From positions 1-36,166 of the IMG/VR virus record IMGVR_UViG_3300007643_000052: a stretch of DNA of 36,166 bases; one strand, written 5' to 3'. Shown one piece after another: positions 6,750-17,612 of the stretch. Position 1 is the first letter of the stretch; every line of letters starts with the position of its first letter. The position numbers were made by a program, and so were the translations under genes. This stretch comes from a virus. Lineage: Duplodnaviria > Caudoviricetes. The notes below the pieces were generated by a model. That model was not told the origin of the DNA, did no database searches, and worked only from the letters and a program-made list of their open reading frames with translations.

Positions 6750-7502
6750 ATGCTGCATGGTATACTTGGTAGTGGGCTAATTCGGCCGGGTATGGGGATC
6801 TCCCCGGACACCCTCGACAACCTGTTGTTTTGGGGCGACCCGCAGGTAGGTGTCACCACTGAAGGTGGGGCGGTGTCCCTGTGGGAAGATCAGGGCCCTG
6901 AAGGTGACAATGCCACGCAGGGTACCGGGGTGGACCAGCCTGCACACACAAACTCCACGCCTGAGCAAATTGATTTTACGCCAAGTGACCGCCTGCGGTT
7001 TGCAGATTCTACGGTTCTGGCGTTCACCCGCACCACAGCGTTCTCCGTCGCAATGTGGTTGAACCTCGATGCGGCACCCACGGGGTTCATGTTCCTTTTT
7101 GGGAACCAAAATTCTGCGGGGGCCAACCTGAAGTGGTCGCTCCGCGGCGGCGTTTCCGGGCAGCGGGAACGTCTGTTACTGAATGCGGCTGATGCCGTAG
7201 GCACAGATACCACCGTATCCGATTCAAACGTATTTACGGGCACCGGATGGCAGTTCATCGCGGCGACGTATGATGGTGCTGGCACGGGTGTCCTGTACGT
7301 TGACGGTGCCGTAATCGCGTCCACGGGGGGGTCCGCCACCGCGGAAACACCCGCCGCCACAGTCACGTCAATGGGTGCTCGGCACGCAGATGGTGGCGGG
7401 GCCATGAACGGCAAACTGGGCGATGTGTACGCGTACGGCGATGTGTTGACTGCCGACGAGGTCCAGGGCCTCTACGAGTTCCGATCCAGCTACTTTGTTT
7501 AA
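6750..7502 (+). CDS. LamG/concanavalin-A-like jelly-roll protein
   Basis: VS.W.DQ...G.NATQ.T...QP, FSVAMW, WQFIAATYDG...LYVDG and G.LGDVYAY...LT.DEV..LY motifs. Confidence 0.88.
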   Translation: MLHGILGSGLIRPGMGISPDTLDNLLFWGDPQVGVTTEGGAVSLWEDQGPEGDNATQGTGVDQPAHTNSTPEQIDFTPSDRLRFADSTVLAFTRTTAFSVAMWLNLDAAPTGFMFLFGNQNSAGANLKWSLRGGVSGQRERLLLNAADAVGTDTTVSDSNVFTGTGWQFIAATYDGAGTGVLYVDGAVIASTGGSATAETPAATVTSMGARHADGGGAMNGKLGDVYAYGDVLTADEVQGLYEFRSSYFV

Positions 7503-7526
7503 AATTTCTTCTGAATAGGACACATT

Positions 7527-7940
7527 ATGGATTCTCACACTGGATCACCTTTTAGAGCACACGTCCACTCTACTGATGCGTCAAGTGGTGTCGCCGTCCC
7601 GCTATATAAAAACGGTAGTGCTTCCGTCTATACTCTGTCGGATACAGAGTACCTGGAAGTACACTCGGTGGATGTGGTCACGTTGGCGGGTGGCGATTGC
7701 TATGTTAACGTAGGGCCCACTTCCGGCACTGATGCGGATGAAATCGTAGTGCGGGGGACATTCGCGGCCAATGGCGGCATTTCAAAAACGGGGATTACTC
7801 CCGCGTTTGCGGGTAAGGCTGCTGGCACCCCGTTTATCGTAGCTCCCGCGGGGGTGGTGGACGTGGTCATACACGGCACCATACGGGAAGCGACGTTGAG
7901 CGGCGTCCAACCGTCCTACCAAGCCCGACGCGGATCATAA
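7527..7940 (+). CDS. Hypothetical beta-rich virion protein
   Basis: AGGA RBS; rich in G/A/V/T; TAATG-coupled to the next gene. Confidence 0.7.
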   Translation: MDSHTGSPFRAHVHSTDASSGVAVPLYKNGSASVYTLSDTEYLEVHSVDVVTLAGGDCYVNVGPTSGTDADEIVVRGTFAANGGISKTGITPAFAGKAAGTPFIVAPAGVVDVVIHGTIREATLSGVQPSYQARRGS

Positions 7941-8326
7941 TGGGTAAACCTGCCCCCTATAACTCGAAGCAGCTCACTCAGCATCTACGCGACCTGCTGG
8001 CCCAGGCCCACACCATGACGCTGGAGGGGGAGTACCAGACCAAGGGCGAGGCCTTGGTTGACCTTGTCATGAAGGAAGCGTTGGGTTGGGAGGAGAGCAT
8101 CGTCAATGATGAGGGTACGGAGATCAAGTCGGTTCACAAGCCGCAGCGGTGGGCGATCGAGTTGGTGTGGGACCGCATGGAGGGTAAGACGCCACAGTCT
8201 CTCGACCCCGGCGAGACCAAGATGACCGCCAAGGATACGGTCAAGGCCTTGGCCGTTGCACGGCTCAGTGCGTTGACCGCCGAGACTGTTGGCGAAGCGA
8301 AGAAAGGACCGCCGCCCCTTGCCTAA
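7940..8326 (+). CDS. terS: Putative terminase small subunit
   Basis: Directly upstream of and overlapping TerL; helical; AIELVWDRMEGKTPQ motif typical of TerS-like proteins. Confidence 0.6.
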   Translation: MGKPAPYNSKQLTQHLRDLLAQAHTMTLEGEYQTKGEALVDLVMKEALGWEESIVNDEGTEIKSVHKPQRWAIELVWDRMEGKTPQSLDPGETKMTAKDTVKALAVARLSALTAETVGEAKKGPPPLA

Positions 8327-10244
8327 CGCCTTCGCAAACCAGCCGGTGCTCCTCGACAGCTTCCCCCGCAAGCTGACGGTGTGGCACGACCCGATCTCTG
8401 GCATAGACGTGCCGAAAGACCCCACGCAAAACTTGACGTGGCGTGCAGGCATGCTGGAGATGGCGGAGGACGACCCGGACTTGCAGCTTGACCTGTACAC
8501 GGCGTGCTCCCAGTCGCTGCTTTTTTTCCTTAATGCGTTCGCGTTCACTCTGCGTATCTTCCAACCTGATGAAGTGACCGGCAAGAATGTGCAGGCGAAG
8601 AATGCTCACCTGCCGTTCGTGACTTGGGAGGTGCAGGATAAGCACTTGCTCCGCATCGAGAGTGCCATTGATAATGGCGAGGATCTGCTCACAGACAAGT
8701 CGCGTGACATGGGTGCTACCTGGGACCACATCGCCGTGTACGCCCACCGCCTACTGTTCCGAAGCAGTGAGACCCACCTGATGATTTCGCGTAAAGAAGA
8801 CGCGGTTGACCAGTTGGATGGACGCCCGAGCAACTACCCCAACGGCCCCCTGGCTGACCCCGGTACGCTGTTCGGCAAGCTCGACTACATCCTGTCTCGC
8901 CTACCCTCGTGGATGCTTCCGAACTTCAGCCGCAAGAAGCTCCACCTTGTGAACACGGACACCAGTTGCCGGGTCGACGGGGAGTCGGCCAATGCCAACG
9001 CGGGTTCGTCTGACCGGCGTACCTCCATTTTTCTCGATGAGATGGCTAAGATGGACGAAGGCGAATCCATCAAGCGATCGACTCGTGACGTTACTGCGTG
9101 CCGCCTTCCGTGTTCGACGCCCAACGGTGCAGGCACTGCATACTCCAAGTGGCGTATGAGTGGGACTATACCTGTGTTTATCCTGGCGTGGTGGGAGCAC
9201 CCTGAAAAGGGGTTGGGACGCACCACTGTGTACGACGAAGAGGTCGAACGGTGGTTCATCACGTCACCCTGGTACGCTAACGAAAAAGAACTGCGGTCAC
9301 CGAAGGAACTGGCGATTGAAGTGGACATGGACCACGTCGGTTCCGGCGACACGTTCTTTGAGGGCGTCGTGATCGAGCAGCACAAGCTCATGTTCGCTAA
9401 GCCTCCGCTGTCGAAGTTCAATATCAATTTCAAGAAAGCTGTGACAGACGCCGAGGTGCCCGCGGTGTTACAGCGTCGGCAGCTTAATAAGGTATCGGCC
9501 CGGCCGTCCGTCAAGGGTAAGTGGTCATGTTGGGCAGCCCTACCCACCGGGAGGCTCGACCAGACAAAGACGTATACGGTGGCGTGTGACATAGGGAAAG
9601 GCCAGGGGGCCTCGAACAGCACGGTTACTGTGATGTGTAACGAAACCCGGCAGAAGGTCATGGCGTACGCTGACGCGAACACGCCACCCTATGAGTTCGC
9701 AAAGACTGTGGTAGCCGCATGTCTGTGGGTCGGGGGACGCGACCGCCCCCTGCTGATCTGGGAGAACAACGGTGACCCCGGGTTCGACTTCGGCAATCAG
9801 GTCGTACGCACATATCAGTACCCAAACATTTACTTTGATCGTCAGGTGGGCACGCTCAGCCAGAAGACCGGCAAGCGGTTTGGCTGGCGGTCCAGCCGTG
9901 AGCAGAAGGCAGAGGCCCTCGGCATCCTGCGGCGTGCGTACGCCCACGGCCAGTTCACCAACCCTGATGAGGCGGCACTCAACGAGGCGTTGCAATACAT
10001 CACGTACGATAGCGGGGGCATCGGCCCCGCAGTGTTGGTGGAGGAAACCGCGGAAGCTCGCAAGACCCACGGTGACCGGGTGATCGCAGACATGCTTGCG
10101 GTCCTAGCCCGGGAGGGTAAGGGGCTCCGTAAGCCAGGGGCCCAGCCCGACGCGGGGGGTCGGTCGTTTAAACATAGGTTCGATGCCCACAAGAAACGAA
10201 GGCACGCCGGAAAAAGTGACCGCTTCGACTTCACCGCCGCATAA
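8319..10244 (+). CDS. terL: Terminase large subunit
   Basis: Walker A DKSRDMGATW, Walker B SIFLDE, STPNG coupling motif, RNase H-like ACDIGKG and HGDRVIA; TTG start after AAAGGA. Confidence 0.93.
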   Translation: MPNAFANQPVLLDSFPRKLTVWHDPISGIDVPKDPTQNLTWRAGMLEMAEDDPDLQLDLYTACSQSLLFFLNAFAFTLRIFQPDEVTGKNVQAKNAHLPFVTWEVQDKHLLRIESAIDNGEDLLTDKSRDMGATWDHIAVYAHRLLFRSSETHLMISRKEDAVDQLDGRPSNYPNGPLADPGTLFGKLDYILSRLPSWMLPNFSRKKLHLVNTDTSCRVDGESANANAGSSDRRTSIFLDEMAKMDEGESIKRSTRDVTACRLPCSTPNGAGTAYSKWRMSGTIPVFILAWWEHPEKGLGRTTVYDEEVERWFITSPWYANEKELRSPKELAIEVDMDHVGSGDTFFEGVVIEQHKLMFAKPPLSKFNINFKKAVTDAEVPAVLQRRQLNKVSARPSVKGKWSCWAALPTGRLDQTKTYTVACDIGKGQGASNSTVTVMCNETRQKVMAYADANTPPYEFAKTVVAACLWVGGRDRPLLIWENNGDPGFDFGNQVVRTYQYPNIYFDRQVGTLSQKTGKRFGWRSSREQKAEALGILRRAYAHGQFTNPDEAALNEALQYITYDSGGIGPAVLVEETAEARKTHGDRVIADMLAVLAREGKGLRKPGAQPDAGGRSFKHRFDAHKKRRHAGKSDRFDFTAA

Positions 10245-10253
10245 GGAATCACT

Positions 10254-12128
10254 ATGCCACTTGACATAACACCAAAAAAGTTGCAGGAGCAGGTTCATCG
10301 GGGCATTAAGCGTCACGAGAATTTCCGCAACGCCCGCACCATGTTCCTGCGTAACTACGTTGGGCAGTACTACGACCAGACCAATGGGGACATCGGGGCG
10401 GAACCCCTCAACCTGATATTCAACGCCATCCGCGTGCTCATCCCCAACATCGTTATGAACTTCCCGACCCACAAGGTGTCGTCGAACTTCCTGTACGCCA
10501 AGGACTACGCTGAGCTTCTTGGCATGGCTTTGGAGCAGCAGGACAAACAGATCGGGATTAAAGACGTGTACCGTCGTGTGATTGTGGATGCCATCTTCAC
10601 ACTTGGCATCCTCAAGACCGGAATCGCTTCGAGCGACTCGGTCTATGCCATTGATGAGAGCGATCAAGTAGACACTGGTGAGGTGTACACTGAGTGTGTG
10701 GACTTCGACAACTTCATCGCCGACCCCATGAGCCGTGAACACCTGTTCAGGGATGCCTCGTGGTTGGGTGACCGCATGACGGTGCCACGCTCGACGCTGT
10801 TGGAGAGCGGGTTGTACGACAACGCATTAATAGAGCAGCTCCCTGCAGCAGGCGGCGACTTGAAGCAGAAGAAGGCCGCTTCGGCTATGTCCATGCGGAG
10901 CATCAACCCGCAGGATGACCTGGACCTGTTCGATGAAGTGGAGATCGCGGAACTGTGGGTACCCTCCGCCGGTGCCTTGGTCACGGTCCCCGCGTCCGAG
11001 CATGTCGTCTTTGATGAGTACCTCCGAGTGGACGAGTACTATGGCCCGGTAAGCGGCCCCTACACCTTCCTCGCCCTGACTCCGCCGGTGCCGGGCAACC
11101 CCATGCCGATCCCGATGGTGGGGATTTGGAATGACCTGCACGTATTGGCCAACCGTATGGCCAAGAAGATTGTGGACCAAGCCCAGCGTCAGAAAGACGT
11201 AATCGGATATAAGAGCCAAGCCGCGGACGACGCCCAGTCCCTCAAGGACGCGAGCGACGGCGAGGCCGTGGCCGTGGATGACCCGGATGCCGTCAAGGTT
11301 CACTCGTTTGGCGGGCAGCAGAACAGCAATGAAGTCCACATGTCACAGCTCCAGGGTTGGTTCAACCAGATGGCTGCGAACCCAGAGGGTATGGCGGGCA
11401 ACCGCTTCGACGCGGACTCAGCCACCGAGGCCTCCATCCTAGCTGAGCGTGCCAGCGTCGGGCTTGAGGACATGAAGGATCTGGTGTACCAGATGGCCGC
11501 GGACGAGGGCTCCAAGCGTGCGTGGTACCTCCACACTGACCCGTTCATGCGGCTCCCCCTGATCCGCCGCGTAGAGCTGCCTGCACAGTACGCACAGAGC
11601 CCGCAGGGCCCTCAGATGACACAGCCTGCCCAGTTGGCGGACCAGCAGATCATCCTGACGCCAGAAGCCCGGCGTGGGGATTATCTGGATTACACGTTCA
11701 TGATCGAGCCTGGGTCGATGGGTCGCCGGGACAGTGGGTCGCGTCTCGCGGAGGCGATGGACTTCGCGGTCAAGATCATGCCCGCCATCATGGCCACGGC
11801 ACAGAACGCCATGATGCTCGGCATACCCCTCGACGCCAAGGCCATGCTGATCCGCATGGCGAAGGACCGGGGGATTACCTGGATGCACGAGGTCTTGTTC
11901 GACCCTGAGTTCCAGATGAAGATGAACCAGCTCGCGTTGATGGGCCCCGCCCTTGCGGAGTCGAAGGGCATGCCCAATGCGGGCCTGGGCAGTGGCGGAG
12001 GTCAACTGGGGGCGATCCTCCAGAACGGCCAGCCCGGGCAAGTGCAGAAGGGTGCCCCAAGTCAGCAAAAACAACAGCGTCAAACCGCCCAGCAAGGGGC
12101 GAACGAGTCACAGTCACAAATGAGATAA
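10254..12128 (+). CDS. Portal protein
   Basis: 624 aa directly after TerL; G.LKTG, SATEA..L motifs and a Q-rich tail as in P22/T7-like portals. Confidence 0.85.
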   Translation: MPLDITPKKLQEQVHRGIKRHENFRNARTMFLRNYVGQYYDQTNGDIGAEPLNLIFNAIRVLIPNIVMNFPTHKVSSNFLYAKDYAELLGMALEQQDKQIGIKDVYRRVIVDAIFTLGILKTGIASSDSVYAIDESDQVDTGEVYTECVDFDNFIADPMSREHLFRDASWLGDRMTVPRSTLLESGLYDNALIEQLPAAGGDLKQKKAASAMSMRSINPQDDLDLFDEVEIAELWVPSAGALVTVPASEHVVFDEYLRVDEYYGPVSGPYTFLALTPPVPGNPMPIPMVGIWNDLHVLANRMAKKIVDQAQRQKDVIGYKSQAADDAQSLKDASDGEAVAVDDPDAVKVHSFGGQQNSNEVHMSQLQGWFNQMAANPEGMAGNRFDADSATEASILAERASVGLEDMKDLVYQMAADEGSKRAWYLHTDPFMRLPLIRRVELPAQYAQSPQGPQMTQPAQLADQQIILTPEARRGDYLDYTFMIEPGSMGRRDSGSRLAEAMDFAVKIMPAIMATAQNAMMLGIPLDAKAMLIRMAKDRGITWMHEVLFDPEFQMKMNQLALMGPALAESKGMPNAGLGSGGGQLGAILQNGQPGQVQKGAPSQQKQQRQTAQQGANESQSQMR

Positions 12129-12139
12129 GGAGACCCCCG

Positions 12140-12481
12140 ATGCCAGTTTACGAATACGAATGTGCGGCGTGTGGACATACGTCTGAGGAGTTTCAGTTCA
12201 TGCAGGACGACCGGCTGACCCAGTGTCCAGGGTGCTTGGATGAAACCTACGTCAAGCAGGTCAGCATGCCCCACACTGATATGAAGGCGTTCCGTAAGCC
12301 GATCGAGATGTACTCGGTCGCCTTGGACACCCCCCAGGAGATCGCGGATTTCAAGCGATCCTGCCCTGATATCGAGTGCGATGCCAACCTGAACAACGAG
12401 CTGGGGGGCATCCCCGTGGCCCACAACCGCAAGGAGAAGAAGCAGATCATGGAGGCGATGGGAGTCGTCGAACGAAAATAA
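12140..12481 (+). CDS. FmdB-family zinc-ribbon protein
   Basis: MPVYEYECAACGH...CPGC signature; AAGGAG RBS. Confidence 0.9.
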   Translation: MPVYEYECAACGHTSEEFQFMQDDRLTQCPGCLDETYVKQVSMPHTDMKAFRKPIEMYSVALDTPQEIADFKRSCPDIECDANLNNELGGIPVAHNRKEKKQIMEAMGVVERK

Positions 12482-12494
12482 CCCTAACAAACAC

Positions 12495-12522
12495 TTGACA
12501 AACACTTTTACCGTGGTATAAT
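12495..12522 (+). promoter_or_regulatory. Consensus sigma70 promoter TTGACA-16-(GTGG)TATAAT
   Basis: Perfect hexamers upstream of the scaffold and capsid genes. Confidence 0.85.
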
Positions 12523-12571
12523 ACCATAGTCCCTACCCTCATTTTTTTTGAGCAGCGACAGGAGAGAACCG

Positions 12572-13672
<1,101 letters not shown>

Positions 13673-13714
13673 TAACCCCGCCACCGACATAGGTGGCACT
13701 ACCGGAGTTTTACC

Positions 13715-14836
13715 ATGGGTGTATCCAACGCCGCTCTCGCCGACCTCATCAAAACCACGCTTGACGACTTGCCCAAGGGCCAGTTTGAAGTCATGTGGGA
13801 CAGCCAGAATTACGAATTTTGCCAGATTTACCAGAAGCACCGTCGTGGTGTTGACGGCGGCACTTCGATCACCCGTAATGTGGTCCTAGACCGCAACGGC
13901 CGTGCTCGCTACCGTCGCCTCTATGATACGGACAACCCGCAGGTTGACAACAACCAGCACACCATCAATGTGCCTTGGACCCAGCTTTCCACCGACTACT
14001 CGTGGGACGTGCTGGAGATCATGCGGAACAAAAACAGCTCCAAGGGCTTCATCAACCTGATGAAATCCCGCCGAGTTGAACGCATGTGGGACTTGGCTGA
14101 GCTGATCGAGGAGCGTGGTTGGCTAACCCCCACCTCCGCCACCGACACGCTCTTCCCGTACGGCATCCCGTACTACCTCAACTACCTGAACGACGGCGTG
14201 ACGGCAGCAGGGTTCTCGGGCCAGACTATTCGCTACCAGGGCGGCACCACGGGCACCATCTGTGCTGGTATCGACGCGGCTACTGAAGCCAAGTGGCGGA
14301 ACTACGCCGACGTTTACACCAAGGTGGACAACGACTTCTTGCGTAAGCTGCGGCTTGCCATCAAGCGTACTCGGTTCCGCCCAGCCCCGATCGTCGAAGA
14401 TCCGGGCCAAACGAAGGTCGGTTCGCCGATCAAGATGTACGGCTCTGACCAGTTGACTCTGGAATTGGAAGACCTCGCAGATAAGCGGGACGACAATACC
14501 ACACCTGTGGATCTTGCCAACAAGAACCTGCAGCACAGCTTCGATGGTACCGTGCAGTTCAACCGTATCCCCATTGTGTACATCCCCCAGCTCGACACCA
14601 TCACGGTGATCGATGGTGGCAGTAACTCGTTCTCCCCGGACCCCCTCTACTGCGTGGACTGGACCAAAATCCAGCCCATCGTGCAGGAAGGGTACTGGAT
14701 GGTTGAGTCGGAGCCCCTGACTGACCGTGGCCAACACACCACGTTCACCACGTTCCTCGACGGTTCTCACCAGAACCTCTGCATCAACCGCCGCACCGCG
14801 GGCTTCGTGATGCACAAGACCATCCCTGCTTCGTAA
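13715..14836 (+). CDS. Major capsid protein
   Basis: 373 aa after the scaffold; GGTSI..NV, W.NY and FNRIPIVY patterns; strong codon bias; followed by a terminator. Confidence 0.85.
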   Translation: MGVSNAALADLIKTTLDDLPKGQFEVMWDSQNYEFCQIYQKHRRGVDGGTSITRNVVLDRNGRARYRRLYDTDNPQVDNNQHTINVPWTQLSTDYSWDVLEIMRNKNSSKGFINLMKSRRVERMWDLAELIEERGWLTPTSATDTLFPYGIPYYLNYLNDGVTAAGFSGQTIRYQGGTTGTICAGIDAATEAKWRNYADVYTKVDNDFLRKLRLAIKRTRFRPAPIVEDPGQTKVGSPIKMYGSDQLTLELEDLADKRDDNTTPVDLANKNLQHSFDGTVQFNRIPIVYIPQLDTITVIDGGSNSFSPDPLYCVDWTKIQPIVQEGYWMVESEPLTDRGQHTTFTTFLDGSHQNLCINRRTAGFVMHKTIPAS

Positions 14837-14847
14837 GCCTTTCCCGG

Positions 14848-14879
14848 CCCCTCCCGTTAGTAACGCGGGAGGGGTTTTT
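14848..14879 (+). terminator. Rho-independent terminator
   Basis: CCCCTCCCG-loop-CGGGAGGGG-TTTTT after the MCP stop. Confidence 0.88.
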
Positions 14880-14926
14880 CTCGTGCGGTAGTAACCCCGC
14901 AGAGACACCCCTTTAGGAGTTTCATT

Positions 14927-15775
14927 ATGCCTGCCCCAGGAATCATCGGCTTTGACCAAATTGGAGATGCTGACAAGCCGTCACCATCCATCTGGGGTAA
15001 CTGCCCCAACACCCTCCTGAACGACAAGGGCCTCGGCACCTTCGTTCGGGAAAATTTCAATGTTCCTTTCCTGTCAGCTACCCCCGCTGATACCTCCCCC
15101 GTAGGTGCCCTGACGTTCAAGGGTGACACGGATACTTCGCTGACCACCACGACCGGCACTCCGACCGGCATCATCGACATCGAAACCGACACCACGGCTG
15201 GTGACGCGGGTGTCTTGGTGACCAACGCGTTTGGCCGCATCGTCAAGCACTCGGGCGAGAAGCTCTGGTTTGAAGCTCGCGTTGCCCCCGGCGACGTGGA
15301 CGACGACATGGGTACCTTCATCGGCCTGTGCCAGGAATCCATCGCGGACGAGGATATCATCGCTGATGACCCCGCCACCAATGCCAGCACCGCCAACGGC
15401 ACCCTGATCGGTTTCTTCCAGAACAACGCAGACCCCAATGCGTACAATGCTCTGAACAAGAAGACGACCGGCACGGCTGTCGAAGTCCTGGCTGACGTCA
15501 CCAATGCCACGGCCATCCCCCTGGCCTCGCGTGCGTCGTTGATCGACGGTGTGGCTGCTACCGGAGCGGGGTTCCACAAGCTGGGCCTGTACTTCGACGG
15601 CAACGCCACGCTGAAGTTCTACGTGGACGGCTACCATGTCGCCACGCAGGCGGTGGACACCACCGTGGACCAGTCCAACTACTTGTCGGCCATCGTCGCC
15701 GTCAAGACTGGTGACGCCGCGGCTGAGAAGATTTTCTGCGACTGGTTCCAGTACGGTTACCAGACCACCAGCTAA
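14927..15775 (+). CDS. Virion protein, probable capsid decoration with a lectin-like beta sandwich
   Basis: AGGAG RBS; WFEARV, KLGLYFDG...FYVDG motifs; MCP-like codon bias. Confidence 0.65.
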   Translation: MPAPGIIGFDQIGDADKPSPSIWGNCPNTLLNDKGLGTFVRENFNVPFLSATPADTSPVGALTFKGDTDTSLTTTTGTPTGIIDIETDTTAGDAGVLVTNAFGRIVKHSGEKLWFEARVAPGDVDDDMGTFIGLCQESIADEDIIADDPATNASTANGTLIGFFQNNADPNAYNALNKKTTGTAVEVLADVTNATAIPLASRASLIDGVAATGAGFHKLGLYFDGNATLKFYVDGYHVATQAVDTTVDQSNYLSAIVAVKTGDAAAEKIFCDWFQYGYQTTS

Positions 15776-15783
15776 GCCATACC

Positions 15784-15816
15784 GCCCTATCCTGATAACT
15801 CAGGGTAGGGTGTTTT
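15784..15816 (+). terminator. Probable rho-independent terminator
   Basis: GCCCTATCCTGA-TAAC-TCAGGGTAGGGT-GTTTT. Confidence 0.7.
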
Positions 15817-15829
15817 ACCGGAGTCACCC

Positions 15830-16855
15830 ATGGCCGAACCAACCTCAGTCTTGACGTTCAGCGATCTATTGATCGAAGTGTCGCGTAAGATGGGTGTTGC
15901 GTATTACGGGGCAGACGGCCTGGGGGTAGCACAAGTTCCGACGGATGCACACGACCTGGATGAGTGCAAGCGGCATGTGAACAACGCCATCCGCATGTTC
16001 ATTGCCGATGGCCCGAAGCCCAACGGCTGGCACTGGACCCGCCCTGTGGCGGACGTCACCATCTGGGGCACCGTCGACACCGACGCGACCAACACCGTAT
16101 CAGGTGGGACGTTCGCAACTCCCATCACGCCGCTGACCGCTCAGTCTGCCAGTTTCTATCCTACGATGGAAGGCAAGACCATAACGGTCGGCGGGGTCGC
16201 GTACGAGATCGACAGCTATGTGAGCCCCACCGTGGTAAACGTTACAGGCGATGCCAGCTCTGTGTCTGCTGAGACGTGGACCATTACATCTGACGGGTAC
16301 TTCACGCTGCCCCTGAACTTTAGCGGGCAGTACTCCGGCGACATCACGTACGCGGCCAGCACGAACCAGGGCGTGGGGATTCAGTGGAATAACGAGTCCA
16401 CGATACGGGCATGGCGTCAGGACATCCAGAGCAGCTCAGGTGACCCGTACTGGGCGGCGATCCGCCCCCGGGCCGACCTCATCGGAGACGACCTCCGTCG
16501 CCGCTGGGAACTCTCAGTTTACCCAACACCTGATGACGTGCTGGTGTTGAACTTCCCCTACCACATCTACTTTACGTCGCTGGTGGCGTTAACCGAAGTT
16601 CAGCCTGCCCCCTTCGTGCATGATGAGACGATCAAAGCTGCATGCTTCGCTGTGGTGGAGAAAGACGTGGGTGGCCAGCAAGCCGCAGACTGGACGTATT
16701 ACACTAGAACCTGCCTACCAAATAGCTATCGCATGGACGGCTTGTCTGCACCTAAGCGGTTGGGCTACTTCGGCAACGGCAGCTCCGGTCTCGGGGACAT
16801 TTCACAGTTTAGAAGCGAATTGTACGATCGGCCAACGGTGCCGTTCAACACTTAA
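15830..16855 (+). CDS. Head-tail adaptor (tail tubular protein A-like)
   Basis: LTFSDL...V, VNNAIR, W.W, LP.NF and L.VYPTPD motifs typical of adaptor proteins. Confidence 0.7.
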   Translation: MAEPTSVLTFSDLLIEVSRKMGVAYYGADGLGVAQVPTDAHDLDECKRHVNNAIRMFIADGPKPNGWHWTRPVADVTIWGTVDTDATNTVSGGTFATPITPLTAQSASFYPTMEGKTITVGGVAYEIDSYVSPTVVNVTGDASSVSAETWTITSDGYFTLPLNFSGQYSGDITYAASTNQGVGIQWNNESTIRAWRQDIQSSSGDPYWAAIRPRADLIGDDLRRRWELSVYPTPDDVLVLNFPYHIYFTSLVALTEVQPAPFVHDETIKAACFAVVEKDVGGQQAADWTYYTRTCLPNSYRMDGLSAPKRLGYFGNGSSGLGDISQFRSELYDRPTVPFNT

Positions 16856-16894
16856 CCCCGGTGTCCTCCAAGTCACCAAGTACGGAGAAAAGAT

Positions 16895-17545
16895 ATGAAG
16901 CTCACGACCAACAACTTCCTCACGCACATCAAAGACATCATCATGGGCGGGGGCCTCAACCCTTCGGGGCAGCCACACAACGACGCCGGTTTCTGGGTTG
17001 ATGTTCCGGTCCCCCTGGGCCAACTTGACCTCCGCACGGTCATCGACTACGACGGCTCGGAAGCCGGTGCTGCAGTGGCGACACTGTCCGGTGCGTGGTT
17101 GACGGCGGACGAAAGCAACGCCCGTGTTGTTTTGGTCGAGGAAGGCACCGACACCATCGGTACCTTGACCATTCCGGTGCCACGTGACTACGATGAGCAG
17201 ACTGACAAATTCATCGTCAGCGTGCTCGCGTCACAGCTCTCGGTCTCGACTGACAATGATGTTGAGCTGGACTCAACCACGTACATCAAGAAGGCTGGCA
17301 CAGCTCTCGGGGCCAATGTCAGCCCTGCTGCACCCGGCACGGTCCTTTCGACCACGGAGCAGTGGATTGAATTTGACCTGTCGGCCAATAGCTTGGTTCG
17401 CCAGGACGTCATCAACTTCAACCTGATTACGAACGGGCTGAATGACACCACCGCCGAAGAAGTGCTGATCCATGCGGTCAAATACTCTTACGCTTCAACG
17501 CTGGTCAGCTACAACCGTGCTGATGGCACCACCCTCCTCCGCTAA
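16895..17545 (+). CDS. Virion structural protein
   Basis: GGAG RBS; beta-rich; inside the structural operon. Confidence 0.7.
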   Translation: MKLTTNNFLTHIKDIIMGGGLNPSGQPHNDAGFWVDVPVPLGQLDLRTVIDYDGSEAGAAVATLSGAWLTADESNARVVLVEEGTDTIGTLTIPVPRDYDEQTDKFIVSVLASQLSVSTDNDVELDSTTYIKKAGTALGANVSPAAPGTVLSTTEQWIEFDLSANSLVRQDVINFNLITNGLNDTTAEEVLIHAVKYSYASTLVSYNRADGTTLLR

Positions 17546-17612
17546 TCATCTCTCCCTTTTTAGCATTCAGCCTGCCGCTTAACTGCGTCGGGCTGGATTT
17601 ACAGGAGAGACG

